Shown piece by piece: positions 19,901 to 29,008 of a stretch of DNA of 64,000 nucleotides. The DNA comes from Gammaproteobacteria bacterium. Its GTDB lineage: Bacteria; Pseudomonadota; Gammaproteobacteria; Eutrophobiales; Eutrophobiaceae. The DNA lies in assembly GCA_965243205.1 (NCBI GenBank), contig CBDEUK010000001.1, forward strand, positions 128,001-192,000, in the 5' to 3' direction. The stretch's first letter is position 1. The number at the start of each line of letters is the position of its first letter. A program made the position numbers and the translations under genes. The notes below the pieces were generated by a model that saw only the letters and a program-made list of their open reading frames with translations, made no database searches and had not been told where the DNA came from.

Positions 19901-21002
19901 ACTATTGAAAGAATTAGTGCCAGAACTTTGGCCAGATAACGAACTAGTTAATACATTACTACAAGATGGTAAACTTTCTGAAGCTCAAAATATCCTTGAT
20001 TCAGTTTCGGATAACTTTATTCATCATCCAGATGTTATACAAGCTAAGCAAACATTGAACTCGCAACAGAATCTAGCCGAAGAAGAATACAAGAAATTTC
20101 TTGAGCTGAAATTGCAAACAAATAACGAAACAAGCCAACTAATTACTGCAGAATTACAGTTACAGAAAGCTAGGGCACTATGGACAGACAATGATAAATA
20201 TTCAAAAGACTATCAGGATGTCATGTCTAAAATTCGATCAAACGATACAAACAAAACTACTTTACTCAAAAGTGAAGAAACTGATTTTGCTCAAACTCAA
20301 AAAAAATCAACTGAAATAAAAGAACAAACTATAGCCAACTCAAACTGGCAACCCAAATCCAGTGGAAGAACATGCTCTGACAAACTTGCTTCTTATGGCC
20401 GCCGCGCAAAAGCGGTTTGCTATGATTTAGTAAACGCAACATGGCGAGGCCCACTGTTAGTGGTGATTCCTCCAGGCAATAATATCAATAACTTCTACGC
20501 CATCAGTAAATATGAAATTTCTGTGAATGATTTTAGTAAATACTGTTACATTTCAGGAAAATGTCACCCCGAAACGGCTAAAGACAAACAGGATTTACCA
20601 ATTACATCAATTTCATATGAAGAAGCACAATCATATATACAATGGTTAAATAAACGTACAGGAAAATCTTATCGATTACCTACAAAGGCTGAATGGCAAC
20701 ATGCTGCCAGTGCAGCTGGTAAACAACCTGAAAAAGATGTGAATTGTCGTCTAGCAGTTGGTGATAAACTTATAAAGGGTGCAAATTTGATTAGTATAAA
20801 ATCTGGACAAGCTAATGGCTGGGGATTAAAAAATTACATTGGGAATGTACAGGAATGGGTCACTGATGATTCAGGAATTATTCTTGCCGTTGGCGGCGCT
20901 TATACAGATGCTATGTCTAAATGTGATTTATCTTTGCAACGTAACCACTCTGGAAAAAAAGACAACATTACAGGTTTTCGTGTGGTTTTAGATGATATTT
21001 GA
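16920..21002 (+). CDS. Membrane Hanks-type Ser/Thr kinase (PpkA-like) with long helical extracytoplasmic region and C-terminal FGE-sulfatase (SUMF1) domain
   Basis: Kinase motifs LGFGGMGRVY, VAIK, HSDFKPGN, DFG and TPAYASLE; TM segment TVTGIILFISAISLYG; FGE motifs SKYEIS, YRLPTKAEWQHAA, NGWGL, GNVQEW and GFRVV. Confidence 0.92.
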   Translation: MANFSTALEALGSGVVSLEVISFQLKKILEQTPDYSQHLLSHLLIAKDKHVIEDSEYLHLKSVIEPYLLDAQPISISNSFDNNFLDIDHPHFNQELTTGSVIKQRFKLLEILGFGGMGRVYKGIDLLKQEAKDKNPYVAIKLLNEDFKSHPKAFISLQRESSRQQKLAHPNIATVYDFDRVGDQGTPVFITMELLEGQTLSVFIKTKLRRIGGLPFSEAFKIIKQLGSALSYAHEQGIVHSDFKPGNAFICNDGTVKTLDFGIARAVKNTVEGNSERTLFDPRNLGAFTPAYASLEMLLGKEPDTRDDIYALGCVAYELLSGKHPYDKLPATKVKENKITPKPIKGLSKKQNLTLQKALATNREDRCQTVDQFLNDLEDKYVWYKDLRTVTGIILFISAISLYGPLNNYLYQKKINSISQNIESNNDKLIEKNLLLLDKLKEADQLSIISNSKEQIQLYYDKILNTLTDIESDTYDFIKAKYFLRKIEKLYPDSNFYFQEKNKIEEKEKKLLNILYKHLNISLQDIDNFETTKTILNNIHSRIDPNHAILKEEKLANSLYEIAIQSLNDNLIEKAEIVLFTAERYFPDNDNFSEIKTRIQNTKTLEDIYSKLNKLPSQNVKLETYKKYENDINKLSTLDETNVLLKKISQDVETLFNEEIEKLRDSKNRKKVDFFLTEYEILFESLHLNEQYLELQFLHLNSYDKNLALDKNIENIQNRLKKFIIEPKTDSTTWKKSIDTELSKLDFIQKKYSTKTNYDEFLEEIADIFVNSSISLMDNNQFKHAKSHIEVAKSYYHKHAKIQLIEQQIESQLAHYTEELKISELKKTFDLQINANELEQAIETYSLLNRSNNDDDYYIDTYAPKKLSELFSYKATSAAEKSNFKLALKLTNDGLDYYPLNQELSNQKQLYQIEIYDIELKSLFQNEVEFNSSEIQQKFGQIESISPDKYIKLRQRSVKTLSDRINTLKNNNTNQAITLAQNATVIFPGSALSQLLKELVPELWPDNELVNTLLQDGKLSEAQNILDSVSDNFIHHPDVIQAKQTLNSQQNLAEEEYKKFLELKLQTNNETSQLITAELQLQKARALWTDNDKYSKDYQDVMSKIRSNDTNKTTLLKSEETDFAQTQKKSTEIKEQTIANSNWQPKSSGRTCSDKLASYGRRAKAVCYDLVNATWRGPLLVVIPPGNNINNFYAISKYEISVNDFSKYCYISGKCHPETAKDKQDLPITSISYEEAQSYIQWLNKRTGKSYRLPTKAEWQHAASAAGKQPEKDVNCRLAVGDKLIKGANLISIKSGQANGWGLKNYIGNVQEWVTDDSGIILAVGGAYTDAMSKCDLSLQRNHSGKKDNITGFRVVLDDI

Positions 21003-21004
21003 AA

Positions 21005-21151
21005 ATGAAACAACAATATAGTCTAAACGAACTTGCTAAAAAGTATTCTGAAGGTAAACTTCAATACGATGAATATAAACGTTTGCGCACAATACTATTA
21101 AAAGATATTGTTAGCGGCAAACATAAAATTAGTCAGACAGATAAAAAATAA
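21005..21151 (+). CDS. 48-aa SHOCT-like microprotein (absent from the ORF track)
   Basis: ATG 2 nt after the kinase stop, reading MKQQYSLNELAKKYSEGKLQYDEYKRLRTILLKDIVSGKHKISQTDKK*. Ends 18 nt before the next gene. Confidence 0.65.
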   Translation: MKQQYSLNELAKKYSEGKLQYDEYKRLRTILLKDIVSGKHKISQTDKK

Positions 21152-21169
21152 GAATAAAAAAAGAACTAT

Positions 21170-22384
21170 ATGTCTTCAGATGTACTGGTTGGTCGCCAAC
21201 CTATTTATGATGCGAATTTAAATGTCGCTGCCTATGAATTGTTATTTCGGAGTAAACAAGATAACAACACAGCTCAATTCTCTGATGGCGATAAAGCAAC
21301 CTCTGAATTAATTTTAAATACTTTTCTAGACATAGGCCTAGAAAATATCGTTGGTAATTTGCCTGCCTATATTAATTTAACACGTAGTTTTATTACCGAT
21401 CCGACAGCGATTCCATTCGCGAAAGAAAATATAGTTCTCGAAATACTAGAAGAGGTCTCTATTGATAATGAAGTTTCTAATGCCATTAAATCACTACATG
21501 AACGTGGTTTTACACTGGCATTAGACGATTATATCTTTGACCAGAGACACTCAGATATACTCAATTATATCGATATTATTAAAATCGATATCTTAGATCT
21601 CAATAATGAACAACTACAAAACGAAGTTAAAAAACTATCCCAATTCAAAGGCAAATTATTAGCAGAAAAAATCGAAACACTTGATGAATTTGAGTTTTGT
21701 AAATCACTCAATTTTGATTACTACCAAGGCTTTTTCTTATCTAAACCAAAAATTATTAGTGGCAAACGGGTTCCAGCAAACCGATTAACCGTTTTATCGA
21801 TCATTTCTAAACTCTATAGTGATAAAACAGATATTGATGATATTAAAAAGGATATTTTGACAGATGTATCTCTTAGCTATCGTTTATTACGTTATTTAAA
21901 CTCCAGCTATTTTAATTTAGCTCGAAAAATTGAAACTATAGACGACGCACTAATCTATTTAGGCTTAGATAATATCAAACGTTGGATCACACTAATTTCT
22001 CTAAGCAGTATGAGTGATAAACCTAATGATATTATTAATACCTCATTAATACGCGCCAAGATGTGCGAATTATTAGCACAGGATAAAGGACTTGCTGATC
22101 CTGAACAATATTTTACCGCCGGATTATTTTCTAATTTACCAGCACTATTAGATATGAGTATTGAAGAAATTTTAAAACCAATGCCATTAACAGACGCACT
22201 GAAAAATGCCTTATCGAATTACACTGGGCCAATTGGCAAGACATTACAATTTTGTATCAATTATGAACAAATAAATTGGGATAATCTTATTTCGATTAAT
22301 ACTGAAACAGACACTGTTAAAAAATGTTATCTTGAATCCATTCGTTGGGCTAATGACATCATAAAAGAACTTTCATCCGTTTAG
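21170..22384 (+). CDS. EAL and HDOD domain protein (YuxH/PdeH-like c-di-GMP signalling)
   Basis: GRQPIYD, YELLFR, LALDDY, LAEKIET and YQGFFLSKP motifs, then HDOD (LSYRLLRYLNS, RAKMCELLA). Confidence 0.9.
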   Translation: MSSDVLVGRQPIYDANLNVAAYELLFRSKQDNNTAQFSDGDKATSELILNTFLDIGLENIVGNLPAYINLTRSFITDPTAIPFAKENIVLEILEEVSIDNEVSNAIKSLHERGFTLALDDYIFDQRHSDILNYIDIIKIDILDLNNEQLQNEVKKLSQFKGKLLAEKIETLDEFEFCKSLNFDYYQGFFLSKPKIISGKRVPANRLTVLSIISKLYSDKTDIDDIKKDILTDVSLSYRLLRYLNSSYFNLARKIETIDDALIYLGLDNIKRWITLISLSSMSDKPNDIINTSLIRAKMCELLAQDKGLADPEQYFTAGLFSNLPALLDMSIEEILKPMPLTDALKNALSNYTGPIGKTLQFCINYEQINWDNLISINTETDTVKKCYLESIRWANDIIKELSSV

Positions 22385-22387
22385 ACC

Positions 22388-23119
22388 TTAATAATCTGGA
22401 AACTCCTCTAGCTCAGACTCTCCATTGTTTATTAACATCTCTCTTTGTTGAAAATAAGCATTCTTAATAAATTCGTATTCATCTAAAGATACTTCACCAA
22501 CTAAATCTGTCGCAGAAAGTAAATCAGATTTAATATCAACGAAATTCAATCCAAATAACCCCATACGAAGCGAATCATTTTCAAGATAACTCACAGGGTT
22601 TAGCAATACAGCATCTACCGGGAATCGAGTAGCATCACGTAGAGTTGTAGGCCCTAAAAAAGGCACCATGATATAAGGTCCTGGCCCCATTCCCCAATGT
22701 GCTAACGTTTGACCAAAATCTTGTCTATTTTTGGGTAAATCCATTTTTGAAGCGACATCAAACACACCTAATAGTCCCATCGTGCTATTCACAATAAAAC
22801 GAGCAGAATCTTTCGCCGCTTGCCCTAACTTAAATTGTAAAATGTCATTCGCTACAGCAGAGATTTCACCGAGGTTGCTGAAAAAGTTACTGATGCCTTT
22901 ATCTAAAAAATCTGGAGTGACCGCTCGATAAATGCCAGTGATAGGATCGATAACGGTATCGTCGACGGCTTTATTAAAGCTATAAACTCCACGATTGAAA
23001 CCCTCGAACGGATCACGACTATCAGTCGTACCCGTGGTGGCACAGCCAGACAATGAAATAATTAAGGTTAAGCAAGCTAAAAAGCATGCTTTAACTGACA
23101 GTTTCTTCATCAACATCAA
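22388..23119 (-). CDS. mlaA: VacJ/MlaA lipoprotein
   Basis: Lipobox LSGC; DPFEGFNR, DFGQTL and GPYIMVPFLGP motifs. Confidence 0.92.
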   Translation of the reverse strand: MMLMKKLSVKACFLACLTLIISLSGCATTGTTDSRDPFEGFNRGVYSFNKAVDDTVIDPITGIYRAVTPDFLDKGISNFFSNLGEISAVANDILQFKLGQAAKDSARFIVNSTMGLLGVFDVASKMDLPKNRQDFGQTLAHWGMGPGPYIMVPFLGPTTLRDATRFPVDAVLLNPVSYLENDSLRMGLFGLNFVDIKSDLLSATDLVGEVSLDEYEFIKNAYFQQREMLINNGESELEEFPDY

Positions 23120-23355
23120 TTAAATCCTTTATACGTTTTTAATTATTAATTTCATGAGTTTCTTTACTCTTATTAGCACATTACAACACTTAACAGTTCA
23201 AGATCAATCACTAAAGTACTTGAAAAATATACAGTTTCTTACTTATACAACGGTAAAAAACTATAAAAATAAATATTTTTTAACTAATTACATTTACAAT
23301 TAAATAAATTACATTAAACATAATTTAATTCTTTTTTACATCGGACATATGTCTT

Positions 23356-24069
23356 ATGAACTTGAGTCAAAATAACGTTGATCTAAATGAGCTGAATAAA
23401 TTTGAGCAATCTAATAGTCGTTGGTGGGATACTGATGGGCCACTAAAAACCTTGCATGTGATTAACCCTGTACGCATGGACTTTATTCGTAAACAGGTTG
23501 ATCTCGAGAATAAAGTTATATGTGATGTGGGCTGTGGCGGTGGAATATTAACCGAAGCTTTAGCAAAAGAAGCAAAACACGTTCATGGTATTGATATGAA
23601 CGAATCCGCTATTCAAACAGCCATAACTCATAGTGAAGCTGACAATATCAATAATACTCAATACTCAATAACTAGTAGTGAAACATTTGCTGAGCAAAAT
23701 GTTGAAAAATTTGATGTCGTTACGTGTCTGGAAATGTTGGAGCACGTACCTGAACCTGAATCGATTATTCAAGCTTGCGCACAATTATTAAAGCCAGGTG
23801 GTAAAGTATTTTTCTCAACATTAAATCGTTCCGCGCCAGCTTATTTAAAAGCCGTTTTAGCAGCCGAATATATTTTGAATCTATTGCCAAAAGGAACTCA
23901 TGACTATGGCAAATTTATTAAACCTTCTGAATTAACTCAATTTTGTCGTAACAGTGGATTGAAAGTAGTCTGTATAAAAGGATTGGCATATATCCCATTC
24001 TTAGATAAAGCGTATTTATCCTCTCAGCTTGATACCAATTATATTCTGTGTGCTGAAAAACCTTTGTAA
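23356..24069 (+). CDS. ubiG: Ubiquinone biosynthesis O-methyltransferase
   Basis: WWDTDGPLKTLHVINPVR, DVGCGGG, CLEMLEHV and LLPKGTHDY motifs. Confidence 0.95.
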   Translation: MNLSQNNVDLNELNKFEQSNSRWWDTDGPLKTLHVINPVRMDFIRKQVDLENKVICDVGCGGGILTEALAKEAKHVHGIDMNESAIQTAITHSEADNINNTQYSITSSETFAEQNVEKFDVVTCLEMLEHVPEPESIIQACAQLLKPGGKVFFSTLNRSAPAYLKAVLAAEYILNLLPKGTHDYGKFIKPSELTQFCRNSGLKVVCIKGLAYIPFLDKAYLSSQLDTNYILCAEKPL

Positions 24070-24072
24070 ATC

Positions 24073-24738
24073 ATGGAAAAAAAAATTACGACTGTATTAT
24101 TCGATCTTGATGGAACCTTAGCTGATACATCGCTAGATTTAACGGCTTCACTAAATCAATTATTCAAACAACAGGATTTAAAGCCCGTGACTGTTGTTGA
24201 AGTAAAGCCTGTAATCTCAAAAGGCAGTAGTGCCATGCTAAAACTACGATTAAGTTTTAATGACGGTAGTGATGAACACGAAACATTTAAACAACAACTA
24301 TTTACTGTCTATTCAGAAAGAAATCACGACGACACATTATTGTTTCATGGCATGGATAACTGCCTTAAAACACTACAAGAAAATAATATTACATGGGGTA
24401 TCGTTACCAATAAACTTTCTCATTTAGCTAAACCCGTTATCGAAAAATTAAAATTAGATTCAAACACAGCGTGCTTGGTTTGTCCTGATGATGTGGGACA
24501 TGCTAAACCTCATCCTGCACCTTTATTAGAAGCAGCAAAAATAATCAAAGTCAAACCTGAAGAGTGTATGTATGTTGGTGATGCCAAGAACGATATGATC
24601 GCAGCACATAGAGCTAATATGATGGCTGTCGTCGCCAATTATGGTTTTATTCCTAACGATGAAGATATTTATCATTGGAATGCTGATGCAATCATTGAAC
24701 AGCCATTGGATTTATTAACGTTATTAAATATTAATTAG
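24073..24738 (+). CDS. HAD phosphatase (Gph/MupP-like)
   Basis: FDLDGTL, VTNK, KPHPAP and YVGD motifs. Usual position after ubiG. Confidence 0.88.
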   Translation: MEKKITTVLFDLDGTLADTSLDLTASLNQLFKQQDLKPVTVVEVKPVISKGSSAMLKLRLSFNDGSDEHETFKQQLFTVYSERNHDDTLLFHGMDNCLKTLQENNITWGIVTNKLSHLAKPVIEKLKLDSNTACLVCPDDVGHAKPHPAPLLEAAKIIKVKPEECMYVGDAKNDMIAAHRANMMAVVANYGFIPNDEDIYHWNADAIIEQPLDLLTLLNIN

Positions 24739-24744
24739 AGTTAT

Positions 24745-25572
24745 ATGGTTTTCAATAGTCAGGAATACCTTTCTCAATATGCGCCAGATGGAAGCTCTTT
24801 ATATTACGCTTGTTTGTACCATCCAAAATCTGAACAAGAATTTATTATCGCATTACATGGTTTTTATACCGAATTAAAACAAATTCATACCCAAATAAAT
24901 GATCCAGGCATCGCTCGGATAAAATTAGCTTGGTGGCGACAAGAGATTGAAAAAATTCAATCAAATTCAAGTCAACACCCATTAATTCATTATTTATATA
25001 ACTGTACTAATAAACATACGATCGATATCAATCTATTCAACCAAATTATTGATGCTGAAGAATCATTAATCCAAAAACATTTTGTAACAGATCAAGAAAA
25101 AATTAGTGTCTATAAAAAAAGTATTGGTACCGTCTGGCAATTATGTTGTGAATACTCTAAATCGTTATCCAATACTAAAAAAGATTGGATTATACAAACC
25201 GCAACAATTATTGAATGTTTAAATAATGGTTTTAATTTTTTTGAAAACCTAAGACATGATCACTGTGATTTATCGGATGAATATCTAAATTCAAAACAAA
25301 TAAAAAGAGAATCTTTAAACTCATTCGATACAAAAACACTTTGGCACAAGTTAATCAAACCATATATTGAAACTCAATATTCACAACTGGATATACAATT
25401 ACAATCCAAAAACAACATATCAACCTATCTGTTTCCACAAATTTTGAGTCAAATCTATTTAGCTCGTTGCAAAAAAGTCTTAAAAACTAATATGCCAGAA
25501 TCTAACGACATATTACCGATTAAAAAATTATTCTTGGCTTGGAAGATTCATCGAAGATTAAGATCATCATGA
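24745..25572 (+). CDS. Squalene/phytoene synthase-fold protein (HpnD-like, degenerate catalytic motifs)
   Basis: GSSLYYA and DPGIARIKLAWWRQEI motifs, C-terminal KKLFLAWK. The Asp-rich DDxxD motif is absent. Confidence 0.75.
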   Translation: MVFNSQEYLSQYAPDGSSLYYACLYHPKSEQEFIIALHGFYTELKQIHTQINDPGIARIKLAWWRQEIEKIQSNSSQHPLIHYLYNCTNKHTIDINLFNQIIDAEESLIQKHFVTDQEKISVYKKSIGTVWQLCCEYSKSLSNTKKDWIIQTATIIECLNNGFNFFENLRHDHCDLSDEYLNSKQIKRESLNSFDTKTLWHKLIKPYIETQYSQLDIQLQSKNNISTYLFPQILSQIYLARCKKVLKTNMPESNDILPIKKLFLAWKIHRRLRSS

Positions 25573-26033
25573 TCTAAGTCATCTGAAGTTTTCACTGGAA
25601 AGCGTAATCTTACTCTTAATCGCCTTAAAAGTTCTTCATGCACATTATCTTTGCTCAATATGATCGCAAAATTTCTATTTTGACAACGAAGTAGCAACAC
25701 AACTAATAAAGGGTGAACAAAACTACCTGGACGTTCTATAGCTGGCAAACTTTCATTGCTATTAGTAATCACAAACCACTCATCTTCAGAGTTCAACAAA
25801 ATAGCCGTTGCTTCTAATGGAAAAAGGTTAAAACGGTAAACTCTCCAATACCAGATACCACAGACTAATAACATTATCCAAAGAGGCCATTTGGGGATTG
25901 AAAGGGGATATACAAATAATACCAATGCACAGAACACGTGCATGAACAAAATTATCCGAAAAACTAATTTTGAGTGCTTAAGAGGGATCAATATTGGCTG
26001 AAGAAAAGTCGAATGAGTGGTGTGCTTGTCCAT
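25548..26033 (-). CDS. YgfX/CptA-family inner-membrane protein
   Basis: Two N-terminal TM helices, and SFVHPLLVVLLL...D...LLRRLRVRLR C-terminus. Confidence 0.7.
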   Translation of the reverse strand: MDKHTTHSTFLQPILIPLKHSKLVFRIILFMHVFCALVLFVYPLSIPKWPLWIMLLVCGIWYWRVYRFNLFPLEATAILLNSEDEWFVITNSNESLPAIERPGSFVHPLLVVLLLRCQNRNFAIILSKDNVHEELLRRLRVRLRFPVKTSDDLDHDDLNLR

Positions 26034-26131
26034 TTTGATTTAAAAATTTCCTTATAAAAATCGTCTTTGATAGTGAATTTTGCAATTAACGCACTATAAT
26101 AAGCCCTGATTAATCATACAGTTCAATAAAA

Positions 26132-26332
26132 ATGACTGAAAAATCAAAAGATTGCAACAAGGAACTAGACAATAACAACAATAATAATTATGTTCTGTCT
26201 GAAAAAACTGTAAACGACCAGCAAAATTCTGAAATTAAAAGCAAAGACGTCGTCGAAATCGGTGGTCCCAAAGGCCCTGAACCGACACGCTATGGCGATT
26301 GGGAGAAAAAAGGTCGTTGTATCGACTTTTGA
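26132..26332 (+). CDS. DUF1674 protein (homolog of SDHAF4/Sdh8)
   Basis: C-terminal [25 protein letters not shown] signature. Confidence 0.93.
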   Translation: MTEKSKDCNKELDNNNNNNYVLSEKTVNDQQNSEIKSKDVVEIGGPKGPEPTRYGDWEKKGRCIDF

Positions 26333-26431
26333 TCTATACAAGTCTTTTAGATTAATCCAAGTTAAAACAATAATTTAATATATTCTTCGTATTGCCGAAG
26401 ACATCTTAGAGAATCGAATGAGGAATGAGTT

Positions 26432-26830
26432 ATGGCATCGGGAAACCGTCCCTTATCACCACACTTACAAGTTTATACACTGCCTCTAACAGCAGTTCTA
26501 TCCATTACCCATCGAGCCACAGGCGTATTCTTAAGCTTGGGAGCAGTCTTTTTATCCTGCTGGCTTCTATCGATTGCAATGGGTCCTGAAAGCTACGCTG
26601 AATTACAAGAATGCACCTCGTCTTGGTTTGGTCAATTAGTTTTAATAGCTTTCGCATTTTCTCTTTATTATCACCTTGCTAATGGTATTCGTCATTTACT
26701 CTGGGATATTGGTACTGGATTAACTAAAGAAGCGACTCACTTAACAAGCTACATAGTGATTGCTGCAAGCATCATTCTCACAGCGATTACCTGGATAGCT
26801 GCTAAGGGCATGTTCGGAGGTGCAGCATGA
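26432..26830 (+). CDS. sdhC: Succinate dehydrogenase cytochrome b556 subunit
   Basis: RPLSPHLQVY, SITHRATG and YHLANGIRHLLWD motifs. Confidence 0.95.
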   Translation: MASGNRPLSPHLQVYTLPLTAVLSITHRATGVFLSLGAVFLSCWLLSIAMGPESYAELQECTSSWFGQLVLIAFAFSLYYHLANGIRHLLWDIGTGLTKEATHLTSYIVIAASIILTAITWIAAKGMFGGAA

Positions 26831-27207
26831 GTTTACGTACACCATTAGCCCATGTTCGTGGACTGGGTTCAGCGAAAGAAGGCACACATCATTGGTGGAT
26901 GCAACGACTTACAGCTATTCCACTCATTCCGCTTTCCATATGGTTTATTGCGTCGTTAGTATGTGTCAGTTCCAAAGGTTATCAAGCAGCCGTTGATTGG
27001 ATAAGCAATCCCATTAGCACTGTTTTACTCATTATTTTCTTAGGCGCTCTTTACTACCATGCTGCACTTGGTATGCAAGTAGTCATTGAAGATTACATTG
27101 AATCAGAATGGCAAAAGATTACCGCATTAATCTTAGTCAAATTCCTAGCCTTATTCACTGGTCTGGTTTCAATCTTTGCCGTTTTAAAAGTTTCATTGGG
27201 GATTTAA
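26827..27207 (+). CDS. sdhD: Succinate dehydrogenase membrane anchor subunit
   Basis: [20 protein letters not shown] and [13 protein letters not shown] motifs. ATGA overlap with sdhC. Confidence 0.95.
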   Translation: MSLRTPLAHVRGLGSAKEGTHHWWMQRLTAIPLIPLSIWFIASLVCVSSKGYQAAVDWISNPISTVLLIIFLGALYYHAALGMQVVIEDYIESEWQKITALILVKFLALFTGLVSIFAVLKVSLGI

Positions 27208-27211
27208 TTCG

Positions 27212-28996
27212 ATGTCAAAAGCGTATGAAGTAATAGAACATAAATATGATGTAGTTGTTGTTGGTGCCGGTGGTGCTGGCTTACGTTCTACCTTTGGTAT
27301 GGCCTCAAAAGGTTTAACCACAGCTTGTATCACCAAAGTCTTTCCAACACGCTCACATACCGTTGCTGCGCAAGGTGGTATGAGTGCGGCTTTAGCAAAT
27401 ATGGGTGAAGACGATTGGCGTTGGCACATGTACGACACAGTCAAAGGCTCAGACTGGTTAGGTGACCAAGATGCAATTGAATACATGTGTCGTGAAGCGA
27501 TGCCGTCTGTGATTGAACTTGAGCATTATGGCGTTCCATTTTCACGTACGGATGAAGGTAAGATTTACCAACGCCCATTTGGTGGTATGACCACAAATTA
27601 TGGTGAAGGTACTGCACAACGCACCTGTGCCGCTGCTGACCGTACTGGGCATGCGATTTTACATACCTTATACCAACAATCACTCAAACATAATGCTGAA
27701 TTTTTTATTGAGTACTTTGCACTCGATTTAATTATGGATGATGGCGTCTGTCGCGGTGTCATGGCTTGGAATCTTGATGACGGTACTATTCACGCTTTTC
27801 GTGCCCACGAAGTTGTATTGGCAACTGGTGGTTTCGGTCGTGCATACTTCTCATGTACATCAGCTCATACCTGTACTGGTGATGGTACTGCAATGGTCTT
27901 ACGAGCAGGCTTACCTTGTCAGGATATGGAGTTTACTCAGTTTCATCCTACTGGCATATACGGCTCAGGTTGTTTGATTACAGAAGGTGTACGCGGAGAA
28001 GGTGGATACTTAACAAACTCTGAAGGCGAACGTTTTATGGAACGTTATGCACCTAACGCAAAAGATTTAGCGTCTCGTGATGTAGTCTCACGTTCTGAAA
28101 CCATAGAGATTCGTGAAGGCCGCGGTGTTGGTCCTGATAATGATCACTGTCATTTGCATTTAGAGCACTTAGGAGCAGAAGTCATTAACGAACGCCTGCC
28201 AGGTATTGCAGAATCTGCAAAAATATTTGCTGGCGTGGACGTTACCAAAGAACCTATTCCAGTTATTCCTACCGTTCACTACAACATGGGTGGAGTACAA
28301 ACGAATTATCATGGTCGAGTAGTGACGATTAAAGACGGCGACCCAGATGCAGAAGTACCAGGGTTAATGGCCATCGGTGAAGCAGCTTGTGTTTCAGTAC
28401 ACGGCGCAAACCGTTTAGGTTCGAATTCATTATTAGACTTAATCGTATTCGGACGTGCTTCTGCTAATTATTGCGCAGAGAACTTAAAACCTGGCCAACC
28501 TCATAAGCCAATCGAAAATGTTGGTGAAGAATGTTTAGAACGTTTGGATAAAGTGCGTCATAACAAAGGTTCTACAGCAACCGCTGAAATTCGTTTAAAC
28601 ATGCAAAAAACCATGCAATCCGATGCTGCGGTTTTCCGTACCGGTGAGACCATGCGTGAAGGCATGAATAAAATGGCGGATATCTGGAATTCATATGAAG
28701 ACGTAAAAGTTGAAGATAAATCGATGGTGTGGAATTCAGATTTAGTTGAAACCTTAGAGTTAGACAACTTACTTCGTAATGCAGTGGTGAGTATTCATTC
28801 TGCTGAAAACCGCACCGAAAGTCGTGGTGGTCACGCCCGTGAAGATTATCCCGACCGTGATGATGAAAATTGGATGAAACATACTTTATCTTGGGTTGAC
28901 GATAAAGGCGAAGTCACTTTTGATTATCGTCCTGTTCATATGTACACCTTAACTGATGAAGTTGAAGTGATACCACCTAAGAAACGAGTTTATTAA
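27212..28996 (+). CDS. sdhA: Succinate dehydrogenase flavoprotein subunit
   Basis: [16 protein letters not shown] (FAD-His), QFHPTG and HGANRLG motifs. Confidence 0.98.
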   Translation: MSKAYEVIEHKYDVVVVGAGGAGLRSTFGMASKGLTTACITKVFPTRSHTVAAQGGMSAALANMGEDDWRWHMYDTVKGSDWLGDQDAIEYMCREAMPSVIELEHYGVPFSRTDEGKIYQRPFGGMTTNYGEGTAQRTCAAADRTGHAILHTLYQQSLKHNAEFFIEYFALDLIMDDGVCRGVMAWNLDDGTIHAFRAHEVVLATGGFGRAYFSCTSAHTCTGDGTAMVLRAGLPCQDMEFTQFHPTGIYGSGCLITEGVRGEGGYLTNSEGERFMERYAPNAKDLASRDVVSRSETIEIREGRGVGPDNDHCHLHLEHLGAEVINERLPGIAESAKIFAGVDVTKEPIPVIPTVHYNMGGVQTNYHGRVVTIKDGDPDAEVPGLMAIGEAACVSVHGANRLGSNSLLDLIVFGRASANYCAENLKPGQPHKPIENVGEECLERLDKVRHNKGSTATAEIRLNMQKTMQSDAAVFRTGETMREGMNKMADIWNSYEDVKVEDKSMVWNSDLVETLELDNLLRNAVVSIHSAENRTESRGGHAREDYPDRDDENWMKHTLSWVDDKGEVTFDYRPVHMYTLTDEVEVIPPKKRVY

Positions 28997-29008
28997 TAGA
29001 GAATTATT

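Noticed and set aside
15061-21002. Calling the kinase/PP2C/FHA genes a type VI secretion cluster
   Set aside because: No TssB/C, TssJLM, Hcp, VgrG, ClpV or baseplate genes are in the window, and the FHA domain is fused to a cyclase.
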